Shown: positions 35,722-46,030 of the stretch, piece after piece
Numbering within the stretch: position 1 is the stretch's first letter
How the letters are laid out: the number at the start of each line of letters is the position of its first letter
Assembly (NCBI GenBank): GCA_963789525.1
Contig: CAWBLA010000009.1
Span: forward strand, 332,999-396,998
Direction: 5' to 3'
Length of the DNA: 64,000 nucleotides
Source of the DNA: an uncultured Planctomycetaceae bacterium
GTDB taxonomy: Bacteria > Planctomycetota > Planctomycetia > Pirellulales > Thermoguttaceae
The notes under the pieces: model-generated
The model's database searches: none
Told to the model about the DNA's origin: nothing
The model's input: the letters and a program-made list of their open reading frames with translations, nothing else
Position numbers and translations under genes: made by a program

Positions 35722-36132
35722 TCACACGTCCACGATCACTTCAGCCAGCCACTGGTCGTCTTGCTGGACTAGCTTCAAGTGGTGCCACGTTACGGCTTTG
35801 ACTTCCGCATCGAGTTCGTGCTTGTGAAGGTCGACCGGCTCGCCTCGCGCGGTAGCCGCCAGTTCGAGGGAGGTAACCTCAACTGCAAAATCCGCGAGCA
35901 CGAGCCGGCGTGTGGAAAAGACATACAGCAGTTCGGCAAGCCAGTCGTGCAGCAATTCTTCCAGGTTATCGGCTCGTAGGTTTATCGACACCGCCTCAGT
36001 TGGAGCTACGGTATCGAGGTTTTCTACGATGATCGAAAACAGTCCCCGCGCGGCGTCGGCGAATACTTCATTCAGACTGCCGGCACGCACGTGAATGCCC
36101 ATGTCGGCTGTGTGTTCGAAGGTCTCGTACAT
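35722..36132 (-). CDS. Archease
   Basis: MYETFEHTADMGIHVRAGSLNEVFADAARGL...HLKLV. The N-terminal Y-E-x-x-E-H-T-A-D-x-G motif is diagnostic. 136 aa, intact. Confidence 0.75.
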   Translation of the reverse strand: MYETFEHTADMGIHVRAGSLNEVFADAARGLFSIIVENLDTVAPTEAVSINLRADNLEELLHDWLAELLYVFSTRRLVLADFAVEVTSLELAATARGEPVDLHKHELDAEVKAVTWHHLKLVQQDDQWLAEVIVDV

Positions 36133-36159
36133 CGGCGGGCACCCGGTGCGAGCGGCTCC

Positions 36160-37207
36160 TCATGCCAGCATTGCGGCAATCGTCTCTCGGTTGACAGGCC
36201 GGATCACGCCGCGCTCGCAAATAATGGCCGCCACCAAGTCGGCCGGCGTCACGTCGAAGGCCGGATTGTAGACCGCGATGCCGTCGGGGGCCGTCTGGCG
36301 GCCGAAACCGTGCGTCACTTCGCGCGGGTCGCGCTGTTCGATCGGGATTTCGTCGCCGCTGGCGATCGATCGATCGAAGGTGCTGCTGGGCGCGGCGACG
36401 TAGAACGGGATGTGATGGGCGGCCGCCGCAACGGCCAACCCGTACGTGCCGATCTTGTTGGCAACGTCGCCGTTGGCGGCGATCCGATCCGCCGCCGGTG
36501 ACGATGGTCTCGACGCGGCGCTCGCGCATCACGGCCGCGGCCATGCTGTCGCAGATCAAGGTTACGTCAATGCCCCGCTCTTTCAACTCCCACGCGGTCA
36601 GCCGCGCGCCCTGCAACAACGGGCGGGTTTCGCCGGCATAGACGTGCAAGGTCTTGCCCGATTCGGCCGCCGCGAAGAAGACGGCCAGTGCCGTGCCGTA
36701 GTCGGAGGTGGCCAATCCACCGGCGTTGCAGTGGGTCAAAACGCCTTGCCCGTCGCGGAGCAACGCGGCGCCGTGGCGGCCGATCGCGCGGCACATTTGC
36801 CGGTCTTCTTCGTGGATGGCCCGGGCCTCAGCCAGGAGCCCTGCGGCAATCTCGTCAGCCGGCTGGCCGCGAAGCCGCGAGGCCGCTCGCTTCATCCTGT
36901 CCAGCGCCCAGAACAGGTTGACCGCCGTCGGGCGGCTGGTTGCAAGATAGTCGGCGACTTGTTCGAGCCGCTGCCCCAGGGCGCCTGCGTCGCGCACAAC
37001 GTTCTGGATCCCGAGGCAGATACCATAGGCGGCGGCGATGCCGATGGCCGGCGCACCTCGGACGCGCAGCGACTTGATGGCTTCCCAGACGGCCTCAACA
37101 TCGCGGCAGTCGATTTCGACCAGCTCGGTCGGCAGCCGCGTCTGGTCGATCAGCCGCAGGTGGCCATCGATGTCGCCGATCCAACGTAGCGTCTCTAGAT
37201 CTTTCAC
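36160..37207 (-). CDS. mtnA: S-methyl-5-thioribose-1-phosphate isomerase (eIF2B-like)
   Basis: [44 protein letters not shown]...[17 protein letters not shown]..., C-terminal piece ...[23 protein letters not shown] in another frame (one frameshift). Confidence 0.8.
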
Positions 37208-37563
37208 GTTGTTGCTTTGTTGACGTACTACCTAAACAGCTCGCCACCGCGCCGCTTCCATCCGCCATGCGATGGCAGATATCTGTTCACCAAATACTCG
37301 AAATGTCCTCGATCCTCCACCCGCTTGCGGCTCGAGCCATCGACAAACCAATGCTGTCGGCCACGTATGTCGCAGTTGAGTCGTCTTGTGAGGGAGGTTT
37401 TCAAACCTGTCCGTATTTTCAGCCATGTGCGTTCGTCGGGCCCGCTAACGAGGATGTGGACGTGCGTAGATTCCGTTGCAATGCAATGGCCGCGGTATCG
37501 TTGCCTCGTGAACGCAACTCTTGCTTCTTCGATCAAAGTTCTTTGAATTCGTGAATGGCGGTC

Positions 37564-38673
37564 TCAAATCTCAAATGCAATCGAGGCCTGAAGAATGAGC
37601 CTCGGAAACTGGCATGGGGGAAGACATCGCTGGGAGGCTCCAATAGGGAGAAGTTCACAAAGCTTCCCTTGGGAACGGAGTCCCAGCGATGGCACATCAT
37701 CTTACGCCCCAAGAGCGCGATCGCATAGCGCAATTGCGGTATCAGGGAGCTAACCAGAAGGAAATCGCCAGGGCTGTGGCACGTTGCCCTTCCACGATCA
37801 GCCGCGAGCTGCGACGCAACAGCACCGCCGGCGAATATTACTCCACCCAAGCCCAATGGAAAGCCGCGCAACGCCGCCGGGAACGACCACTGGCGCGAAA
37901 GATGGATGATCCCGCGGTCAACGAGGCTGTTCGCAGGGGGTTGGCGCAGGAATGGGCGCCGCAGCAGATCGCCGGACGGATGCAGCAGCAAGCGCACCGC
38001 GCCGCGTGTCGTCGCAAACGATCTACACCTGGATCAAGCAGGACGCGAATCGGGAGCACTGGGAATCGTTCCTGCGGCGTCGCGGGAAGCGTCCTTACCG
38101 GCGGAAAAACGCCGCCACCAGCGGAGATGCCGCCCGCATCGACCAGCGCCCGAAGTGATCGAGGAGCGGTTGCGGCTGGGCGATTTCGAGGGCGACACCG
38201 TGCTCGGCCCGGCGGGCACCGGCGGTCTGGCGACGTTGGTAGACCGCAAGTCGCGGTTCACAATCGTCGTCAAGGTTCAATCCAAGAATGCCGACCATGT
38301 ACATGCGAAAATCAAACAACGCATGAAGGAGTTGGACGAACAGCGACGGCGGTCCATCACCTTCGACAATGGCACCGAATTCCCGCGCTGCCACCGGCTG
38401 GAAAAACACCTCGGCATGGAGTTATACTTTGCTGATCCGGGCTGTCCGTATCAGCGCGGCACGAACGAAAACACCAATGGCTTAATCCGCCAATACTTTC
38501 CCAAAGGGACTGACTTTCGCAACGTCTCCCATTCCCAGGTGCGGCAGGTGGAAAACCTACTCAACAACCGCCCCCGCGCGTGCCTCGGGTTTCGAAACTC
38601 CCGGTGAGGTTTTCTTCGAGAAAACCCCTCCCAGCGGTTGCGATTGAGTTTGGAAACCGCCAATCGAATACTA
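37564..38673 (+). mobile_element. IS30-family insertion sequence
   Basis: Imperfect terminal inverted repeats AATGGCGGTCTCAAATCTCAA (left) and TTGAGTTTGGAAACCGCCAAT (right), 17 of 21 matched, bracketing an IS30 transposase gene. ~1110 bp, the usual IS30 size. Confidence 0.7.
37689..38648 (+). CDS. IS30-family DDE transposase (3 or more frameshifts)
   Basis: N-terminal HTH MAHHLTPQERDRIAQLRYQGANQKEIARAVARCPSTISRELRRN, catalytic core ...GDFEGDTV...TLVDRKSRFTIVVKV...ITFDNGTEF...YFADPGCPYQRGTNENTNGLIRQYFPKGTDF, C-terminus LNNRPRACLGFETPGEVFF. Confidence 0.75.
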
Positions 38674-38923
38674 CCTTATCTTCTGCCGCCGCGTCTCGAT
38701 ACCGGTGCCGCACGGTGCGGATCTGGCGGTAGGATTCCTCGATGGCGTCGCACAAAACCCTCAGCACGATCTGGGATCCACGTGCCATACGCATGAAACG
38801 TGAAGAGGTAACATGGCACGATAGAGTCCCCCACTTCGACTCCTACCAAAGCAGAAGACAAACAGCCGGGGGCTGTTAGCCCCCGGCTATCTGTCCTCTG
38901 TGTGGGACCTCTTCTGTTCTCCT

Positions 38924-39445
38924 AACTCTTGCTTCGCAGGCTCTGACGCAGCGTCTCGTCCTTGCTGCTGACTTTCTCCGTCAGCCTGTGCTTGAACGCC
39001 GTGAGCTTCTCCTGGAGCGCACGGCATTCCCGAGCGCGAGGATCTCGACAGCCAGCAGGCCAGCGTTGCGCGGCCCGCCGCCGCCGACGCCAACGGCCGC
39101 GACGGGCACGTCGCCGGGCATCTGCACGGTTGAGAGCAGCGAGTCGAGCCCGCCGGCGAACTCGGTGGGGACCGGGACGCCAATGACCGGCAGCGCGGTA
39201 TGCGAGGCGACCACACCGGCCAGGTGTGCGGCTCCGCCGGCCGCCGCAATGATGGTCTTCAGCCCGCGTGCGGCGGCCATTGTCGCATATTGGCGGACGG
39301 CCTCCGGCGTCCGGTGCGCACTCATGACCCGAACCTCATACGGCACGCCGAACTCGTCCAGGGCGGCGGCCGTGGCCTTCACGACCGGCCAGTCGCTGTC
39401 GCTGCCCATTACGATGCCCACCAGGGGCAATGTGGATTCCATCAA
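38924..39445 (-). CDS. purE: N5-carboxyaminoimidazole ribonucleotide mutase
   Basis: [42 protein letters not shown]...[32 protein letters not shown]. The 3' end is frameshifted. Confidence 0.8.
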
Positions 39446-39523
39446 AAAAGCCTTTCAAGCATGTTCTCTGGCACCCGACCGATTTATAGCGAACCGGCGG
39501 CGACATCGCAAGCGGCGTTCATC

Positions 39524-40882
39524 TCACGCGCCCTTTCCGGCGGCTTCGATCTCGTCGCGCGTGTCGCCGCGCGAGCGTTGCCGAAGATACAGCTTGATCG
39601 GCACTTCGCCGAACTTGAGCTCGTCGCGAAAGACGCCCAGCAGGTAACGCTGGTACTGCGGCGAGATGGCCCGCGGATCGCTGCAAAACAGCACGACCGT
39701 CGGCGGCTGGACGGCGACCTGGGTCGCATAGTAAATCTTCGGCCGCCGGTTTCGGTAGGCCGGGGGCGGATTCTGAACCAGCGCCGCACGCACCAACTTA
39801 TTCAGTTGCGCCGTCGGTACGCGATGCAGCGATTGGCGAAACAACATCTGAGCGTGGTTGAGCATTGCCTTGACGTTGCCCCCCGACTGGCCCGTGACAA
39901 AGGCGATCGGCACATAGGCCATCGTGCGGAAATTGTCGCGCAGATAGGTGACCCACTTGTCGGTGGGCATCGCGCCGACCAACTGGTCCCACTTGTTCAC
40001 CACGAACATACAGGGCTTGTACTGCTGCGCAATGTAATCGCAGAGTTGCTTGTCCACCTTGCTGATGCGCTGCGTGGCGTCGAAGAACAGCAGAACGACG
40101 TCGGCCCGGCGGATGCTCCGCTGCGGCCGATGCGTGCTATAGAACTCCACGTCGGTGTTGACGCTCTTGCGGCGGCGGAAGCCGGGCGTATCGATCGCCA
40201 AAAACGCCTTGCCGTCAAGCTCGAAACGAACGTCGACGCTGTCGCGGGTCGTGCCCGGCACCTCGCTGACGATCATTCGCTCGGCCTTGACCAACGTATT
40301 CACCAGCGTGCTCTTGCCGACGTTCCGCCGGCCGACGATCGCCAGCTTCATCTCTGGCTCCAGCAGCGGGACGTCGTCCGGCGTGGGCTCGGGCAGACGT
40401 TGACGGATGGCCTCGATCAGATCCGCCTTCCCGTGATTCTCCTTGGCGCTGACGTAGACGATCTTCCGCCCGAAGCGATAAAACTCCTGCCCGCCGCTTT
40501 CAATGGCCGGGGTGTCGGCCTTGTTGACCACCAGGACCAGCGGCACGGCAACATAACGCAGCCGCTTGGCCACTTCCTGGTCCAAGGGCACGGGCCCGTC
40601 GCGGCAATCGACCACGAAAAGCACTACGTCGGCCAGGTCGACCGCTGCCTGGATCTGGTCTTCGACCTGCTCGGTGAGGTTGTCGCTGTCTTCAATCCCC
40701 ATTCCGCCGGTGTCGACCAACTCGGCGAACCGGCCGTCCAGCTCGATCAACTGGGTGACCCGGTCTCGGGTCACGCCCGCCGTCGGATCGACGATGGCCA
40801 GCCGGCGTCCGGCCAGCCAGTTGAAGACACTCGACTTCCCCACATTGGGGCGCCCGACGATCACAACTTGCGGAATGGCCAT
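39524..40882 (-). CDS. der: Ribosome-biogenesis GTPase Der (EngA)
   Basis: Two GTPase domains: GRPNVGKSSVFN...DTGG...NKAD and GRRNVGKSTLVN...DTPG...NKWD, plus a KH-like C-terminal domain. Essentially intact 452 aa. Confidence 0.9.
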   Translation of the reverse strand: MAIPQVVIVGRPNVGKSSVFNWLAGRRLAIVDPTAGVTRDRVTQLIELDGRFAELVDTGGMGIEDSDNLTEQVEDQIQAAVDLADVVLFVVDCRDGPVPLDQEVAKRLRYVAVPLVLVVNKADTPAIESGGQEFYRFGRKIVYVSAKENHGKADLIEAIRQRLPEPTPDDVPLLEPEMKLAIVGRRNVGKSTLVNTLVKAERMIVSEVPGTTRDSVDVRFELDGKAFLAIDTPGFRRRKSVNTDVEFYSTHRPQRSIRRADVVLLFFDATQRISKVDKQLCDYIAQQYKPCMFVVNKWDQLVGAMPTDKWVTYLRDNFRTMAYVPIAFVTGQSGGNVKAMLNHAQMLFRQSLHRVPTAQLNKLVRAALVQNPPPAYRNRRPKIYYATQVAVQPPTVVLFCSDPRAISPQYQRYLLGVFRDELKFGEVPIKLYLRQRSRGDTRDEIEAAGKGA

Positions 40883-41011
40883 AAGTCCCTATGATAATTC
40901 AGTGGGGCCGACCGTTCCAGCCGACCGCGCGTGGGTGGGTAGAGTCTGTCGTAGGTTCTGCTTCAGCACAACGGCGGCAGGAGAACTGCAAAGTGGCATT
41001 TTGTGAATATG

Positions 41012-41095
41012 TGGCGGGAACGGTCATCCTGAGTGCAGCGAAAGATCTCGTTGCCGCGCAGAAACTGCGCAATGCCACGGAGATTCTTCGCTACG
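41012..41095. repeat. 84-bp imperfect inverted repeat (27-nt arms, 30-nt loop); candidate structured RNA or MITE-like element
   Basis: Arm1 GTCATCCTGAGTGCAGCGAAAGATCTC pairs with arm2 GAGATTCTTCGCTACGCTCAGAATGAC at 24 of 27 positions (2 G-U). The loop carries a nested GCGCAG-AAACT-GCGCAA mini-hairpin. Located in the low-GC der/udg divergent intergenic region. Confidence 0.6.
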
Positions 41096-41239
41096 CTCAG
41101 AATGACGTAAATCAGGATTTTGCAGTCCTGCTGACAACGGCGGTAAGCCGCTTCCCTGTAATGTGTTGTGCTGAAGCATAACCTACTCGGACGCCCCCCT
41201 CAGCCAGTGAAAGACGCTCGCCATACGGCATAGACAACC

Positions 41240-41973
41240 ATGCGATCCATGTTACAACGATTAGAGAGCCTTCAGAGGGCAGGAGTTACGCACGTGAAGC
41301 GAGCGTCGAAGGCTGGCGGCCTGCCCCCACGCTCGGGGCAAACCTGCTCGGAGCGGCAGCCCGTGGCAACGTCGCACCCCGGCCGGGACGACCGGCAGTC
41401 GCGGCTGGCCGCGCTGGCGGCGGTTCCTCGAGAAGTTGCCGTTTGCACCCGTTGCACGAACTGGCGGCGACACGCACGCAGACCGTCTTCGGCACTGGAA
41501 ACCCCTGTGCACGGCTGGTGTTCTGCGGCGAGGCCCCCGGGGCGGACGAAGACCGGCTCGGCGAGCCATTCGTCGGCCGGGCCGGTCAACTCCTCAACGA
41601 CATCATTACCAAGGGCATGAAAATGCGGCGCGAGGACGTCTATATTCTCAACATTCTCCGCTGCCGGCCGCCGGGCAATCGGACGCCGTTGCCCGTCGAA
41701 GCCGCCGCCTGCCGCCCGTTTCTCGACCGGCAATTGGCCATCATCCAGCCGTGGTTCATCTGTTGTCTCGGCGATGTGGCCGCGCAGAACCTACTGGGCA
41801 CCGACGAGTCGATCGGCCGGCTCCGCGGACGTGTGCACGATTACCACGGAATCAAGGTCGTTTGTACTTACCATCCCGCATATCTGTTGCGGAATCCTCA
41901 GGCGAAACGACCTGTGTGGGATGATGTCCGTCTCCTGCTGGCGGAGATGGGCCGCGCGTCGGATGCCCCATAA
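41240..41973 (+). CDS. Uracil-DNA glycosylase, family 4
   Basis: VAVCTRCT(ELAATRTQ)[38 protein letters not shown]...[16 protein letters not shown]. One frameshift near 41458. Confidence 0.75.
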
Positions 41974-41974
41974 C

Positions 41975-42602
41975 GCCGTCGAGTATCGGATGCGCTCCGC
42001 CATCGGCGCTGGACATGACGAGTTGCACCAGTTCGGCAACCGATCGCGTCTCCATCTTCTTCATCAGTCTTGCGCCCGGTCTTCGATCGTGCGGAGGCTA
42101 AGGTCCAAATCCGCGGCGATCTCCTTGTTCATCCGGCCCTGCATGATCAAATGGAGCACCGCACGTTCTCCCTTGGTCAGATGGGCCAGGCGTTGCTCGA
42201 CCCGCTGACGCCGGGCGTGCACGCGGCGGCGATGGCGGTCCAATTCGAGCGCCGGTGGATCGTCTCGCGCAGGGCTTGCTCTTGAACCGGCTTCTCCAGG
42301 AAGCTCACCGCCCCCAATTGCATCGCTTCGACCGCCGTCGGGACATCGGCGAACGCGGTGATAAAAACAACCGGCAGAGCAATTTTGTCGTGAAGCAGTT
42401 GGCGGTAGAGTTCCAGCCCGTTCATGCCCGGCATGGCCACGTCGAGGACCAGGCAACCGGGCTCGCCGTGGTAGTGCGTCAAAAAGTCGCGGGCGGACGA
42501 GAACGACGCCACCTTCGGAACGGCGGCCTCGAGCATCACGCCCAACAGCCGCAACTCGCCCGGATCGTCGTCTACCAGGAAGACCGTGGCTTCAGCGTTC
42601 AC
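41975..42602 (-). CDS. Two-component response regulator (receiver + LuxR/FixJ-type HTH), orphan
   Basis: Receiver domain MNAEATVFLVDDDPGELRLLGVMLE...CLVLDVAMPGMNGLELY...ALPVVFITAF. HTH region LTKGERAVLHLIMQGRMNKEIAADLDLSLRTIED(H)R.KLMKKMETRSVAELVQL. At least two frameshifts. The 3' end is approximate. Confidence 0.7.
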
Positions 42603-42856
42603 GAGAAAGCACTACCTTGATGCGGCGATTTCGCCCATTCAGCTTCGGCGCCACTCTCGGTACCGTCCAAGTCTACTCCAAAGATGCAAAATCTCTCCCT
42701 AAGATGTGGTAAACCGCATAATTCAGGGGGTGTCATTTATGCTAATATCCCGCGTTGCAGCGGTGCTCCGGCAAGAAGCGGACTCGACGGAAGACCTGCT
42801 GGCCCGGCGGATTCTATGGTAGCATGGTTGGCGCGCTTTCCCCTTGGATAAAACAC

Positions 42857-43831
42857 ATGGCATCCATCAAGCGAATCCTGGTCACCGGCGGCGCCGGTTT
42901 TCTTGGCTCCCACCTCTGCCAGCGGCTTCTGGATCGGGGTCACGACGTCATCTGCCTGGACAACTTCTTCACCAGCCAGAAATCGAACGTCGCCCACCTG
43001 CTGCCGCAGGCAAACTTCGAACTGGTTCGCCACGACATCACGCTGCCGATCTTTTTGGAAGTCGACGAGGTCTACAACCTCGCGTGCCCCGCAGCGCCCG
43101 GCCACTACCAGTTCAATCCCATCAAGACCATGAAGACGTCGGTGCTCGGAATCATCAATGTCCTGGGCATGGCCAAACGCTGCCGCGCCAAAGTGCTGCA
43201 AGCCTCGACCAGCGAAGTCTACGGCGATCCCGACGTCCATCCCCAGCCGGAAACTTACCGCGGCGTCGTCAATCCGATCGGGCCGCGCGCCTGCTACGAC
43301 GAAGGCAAGCGGGCGGCCGAAACGCTGATGATGGATTACCACCGGCAGAACCGGGTGAACGTCCGGGTCGCGCGGATTTTCAACACCTACGGCCCCGGCA
43401 TGCACCCATTCGACGGCCGTGTCGTGTCCAACTTCATTCGCCAGGCCTTGGCTGGCCAGGACATCACCATCTTCGGTGACGGATCGCAGACGCGATCGTT
43501 CTGCTACCGTGACGATCTGGTCGAGGGGCTGATCCGCATGATGGACGGTCCGGATGACCTCGTGGGGCCCGTCAACCTCGGCAATCCCGAAGAGTTCACC
43601 ATTCTGGACCTTGCCAGATTGGTGCTGGAACTTACCGGCTCGCGTTCGAAGCTGGTCTATCACGACCTGCCGACCGACGACCCGACGCAGCGTCAGCCGG
43701 ACATCACGCTGGCCAAGAAACGTCTCGATTGGTACCCGACCGTCCCGATTCGCGACGGTCTCGTCAAGACAATCGAGTGGTTTCGCTCCATCGATCTCGA
43801 TCACTACCGCCCGCCGACGCCAAATTATTGA
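42857..43831 (+). CDS. UDP-glucuronate decarboxylase (UDP-xylose synthase)
   Basis: [41 protein letters not shown]...[11 protein letters not shown]...NTYGP... Intact 324 aa. Extended-SDR fold with the characteristic YDEGKR. Confidence 0.85.
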   Translation: MASIKRILVTGGAGFLGSHLCQRLLDRGHDVICLDNFFTSQKSNVAHLLPQANFELVRHDITLPIFLEVDEVYNLACPAAPGHYQFNPIKTMKTSVLGIINVLGMAKRCRAKVLQASTSEVYGDPDVHPQPETYRGVVNPIGPRACYDEGKRAAETLMMDYHRQNRVNVRVARIFNTYGPGMHPFDGRVVSNFIRQALAGQDITIFGDGSQTRSFCYRDDLVEGLIRMMDGPDDLVGPVNLGNPEEFTILDLARLVLELTGSRSKLVYHDLPTDDPTQRQPDITLAKKRLDWYPTVPIRDGLVKTIEWFRSIDLDHYRPPTPNY

Positions 43832-43851
43832 CGGGATAGGCGACCGGGAAG

Positions 43852-43899
43852 CGGAGCCGACCGGGATCGAACCGGCAGCCTGCTGGTTGCAAAGCAGTG
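43852..43899 (-). repeat. Partial degenerate copy of the tRNA-Ala 3' part (acceptor 3' strand, T-arm, variable arm, anticodon-arm-like hairpin)
   Basis: ggagccgaccgggatcgaaccggca is identical (25 nt) to the tRNA-Ala at 45846, and similarity continues for ~20 more nt. Same orientation. No 5' half. Confidence 0.65.
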
Positions 43900-44199
43900 A
43901 ATCTGGCGACGTAAGTACGGATAACAGAGAACTGGCGTTGTCGCCTTCTGCCGCTTGTACCGCTGCTTGTACCAGCGAAGCCAAAAACGCAAACGCCGAA
44001 CTCCTCGAAGCCGCTTCGCTCGGCACGTCGCCACAAGCCGCCGATCCCAGGAACGCGGGCCAGGGCGGACTTGAACGAGAAGGAGCGGTGGGTAGACCAG
44101 CCGGGGGTCTTCCGGGGAGAATGAAGCCCTCAGGCAAGGGCACACGACGCGACGGCCCGCGCAGAGGGCCCCTCAATAGCCGTTGCCTTCGTGCGGTAC

Positions 44200-45030
44200 T
44201 CAACCCAGGCCGAAGCCGCGTTTGCGATAAACGACGAAAACCAAACCGACCACTCCGATCAGCGCCAGCAACAAAGTCCCCGGCTCGGGCACAGGCGAGA
44301 AGGCTAGTCCGACAAGGTTCGGGCTGTTGAGGCCGTACGGGCCTACGTCAGTCATGACGCCGTTGGAAGTGTTCACCGTATAGAGGTGAGCCGTATTGCT
44401 ATTCGCGAGAAACATGGTGTTGTCTTCCGGGCGCGAGGCGATATCGTAGCTAAAGCTAAGCGGTAGGGTGGCGATCGAGGCTCCGTTGCCAGTGGCGGTG
44501 CTGATCGAGATCAACTGGTCGGTGGTGGCGGCAACGCCAAAAAGGCTACCAGTTTGATCGAAAGCTAGGGCGTAGACGTCGTCGAACAGGATGCGACCGA
44601 TGAACGTGCAACTGCCGGACGCCGGGTCGATTCGGTAAAGGGCGTCAAACGGGGCGCTATAACCCACGGACGTGTTGCCGTAGAGGTTGCCCGAGACAGG
44701 GTCGAAAGCGATTGAGACCATCCTGTCCGGGCTGTTCAAATTCGCGGCAAGTGCGGCCGCACCCGTGCTGGGATCGATCGAGAGGAGTTGATTGGTGTCG
44801 ATCTTCATGCCCCAAAGAGTATAGGAGCCCGGGCGGGTATCGCTGGTGAGGTCGCCCACATTGTCGAAACCCGTCGCCCCAATCACCGACGCGGCGCCAG
44901 TCGATTGGTCCATGAGGTGGAGCGGCGTGGCGGCGGGGTACGCGACGGAATACAACTCGCTCGCTTGCGCCTGCGGCAGCCCTAAGAGGGCCACAATGCT
45001 CCCGACAGCAAAAGAGATACGGCTGTTCAT
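44200..45030 (-). CDS. PEP-CTERM protein with five ~45-aa beta-propeller-like repeats
   Basis: Signal peptide MNSRISFAVGSIVALLGLPQAQA. Repeats L..IDPSTGAA..IG x5. C-terminus VPEPGTLLLALIGVVGLVFVVYRKR. Confidence 0.75.
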   Translation of the reverse strand: MNSRISFAVGSIVALLGLPQAQASELYSVAYPAATPLHLMDQSTGAASVIGATGFDNVGDLTSDTRPGSYTLWGMKIDTNQLLSIDPSTGAAALAANLNSPDRMVSIAFDPVSGNLYGNTSVGYSAPFDALYRIDPASGSCTFIGRILFDDVYALAFDQTGSLFGVAATTDQLISISTATGNGASIATLPLSFSYDIASRPEDNTMFLANSNTAHLYTVNTSNGVMTDVGPYGLNSPNLVGLAFSPVPEPGTLLLALIGVVGLVFVVYRKRGFGLG

Positions 45031-45845
45031 GATTAAGCCTCCCCCGAAATGGCCGTGAACAGTGGACGGCGACGGCGGGCTTACGGCCCAAAGCCCACCC
45101 CTCGCACGCAACAGAGAATCGTTAGCTGGGACGTGGAGCCAAACAAGTGACAGCGAAAAAGAATTCGCCCGGTTGCTTCGCGTCCGGTTGAAACGTTACC
45201 GGTTTCCAACGTCCCGAAAGTTCTACCGGATTGGGAGTTACGGACTACGGGCGGCGCCACCGGCGGCGCAAGTCGGGAAAACCCTTAGCCGCTGCCGAGA
45301 ACGTCCTAAGGCCGGAATCTGGGAGATGCTGACGTTTTGGGCGGCAGGACCGGGGAGATTTCTGTACCTGGATTCGGCAGCATGATAAGCACGGCCCGCG
45401 GTGGCCAACCGGCGACAGGAACCAGCCTTCAAGCCCGATCGGACGCGCGAGAGGGGAGACGCCTCTCGCCCACCAACTGCACTCCCTGTTCCTCGTCGTA
45501 AGCACACTGTCGTAAGCACAGTAGTTGCTTGTCGGCGATATTGTGGCGGCAGCGGCGCTCCGAACTGGCGTGCCTCGCACTCGACCAAAAACCGCGTTTA
45601 CGCTTCCCTACTCTCGGGTGAACCGTACCGGCCCGAGATATCGGACGCGGCCGCGATCACGGACGTAGGCCAATCCGCGGGCCTTGTGGAGACACTACTT
45701 CGGGCGCGAGCGCGAACGGCGGGCATGGTGTGGACCTCCGTCAAAGGGCGCTGGTACGTGCATGCGCTTTTCCTCGACTTGCGGGCCGCGCTGCCGACCG
45801 CCGGCAGGTAACCAAATCCAAGTTTCGGCAAGGGGTTACGTTTAG

Positions 45846-45918
45846 TGGAGCCGACCGGGATCGAACCGGCAACCTCCTGGATGCAAACCAGGCGCTCTCC
45901 CAACTGAGCTACGGCCCC
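45846..45918 (-). tRNA. tRNA-Ala (anticodon TGC)
   Basis: Sense strand GGGGCCGTAGCTCAGTTGGGAGAGCGCCTGGTTTGCATCCAGGAGGTTGCCGGTTCGATCCCGGTCGGCTCCA. G3:U70 Ala identity pair present. 73 nt. CCA not encoded. Confidence 0.9.
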
Positions 45919-46030
45919 GACGAAATGTCGACTATACCGGGACGTTTGCTGCCTGAAAAGCCCTGTCGCGACCGACTCGTCACTGCGGTTGGTTGCGACA
46001 TGGCTGAACACGGCGGCCGATTGCGATCTG

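Larger units (their letters stand above)
37228..38861 (-). pseudogene. IS200-like (transposase_17, Y1 HuH) transposase gene split by an IS30 insertion
   Basis: N-terminal half 38676..38861 (VPCYLFTFHAYGTWIPDRAEGFVRRHRGILPPD). C-terminal half 37228..37536 (THVHILVSGPDERTWLKIRTGLKTSLTRRLN...HWFVDGSSRKRVEDRGHFEYLVNRY, HuH motif HVH and Tyr motif). The 1.1-kb gap is exactly the IS30 element. Confidence 0.55.

Noticed and set aside
36068-36160. Archease as evidence for an RtcB RNA-repair operon
   Set aside because: The neighbour is clearly MtnA (eIF2B-like isomerase), not RtcB. No ligase motifs are present.
39200-40894. 564-aa ORF on the + strand (also 25837..26892, 8578..10011, 10216..11124, 42737..44203, 49075..49983, 50389..51441, 51107..52147, 27009..27854, 31976..32731, 36446..37189)
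   Set aside because: These are antisense shadow ORFs of real genes (der, the repeat protein, aceB, uvrA and others). They have low-complexity R/A/G/P-rich translations with no motifs, which is typical for >65% GC DNA.
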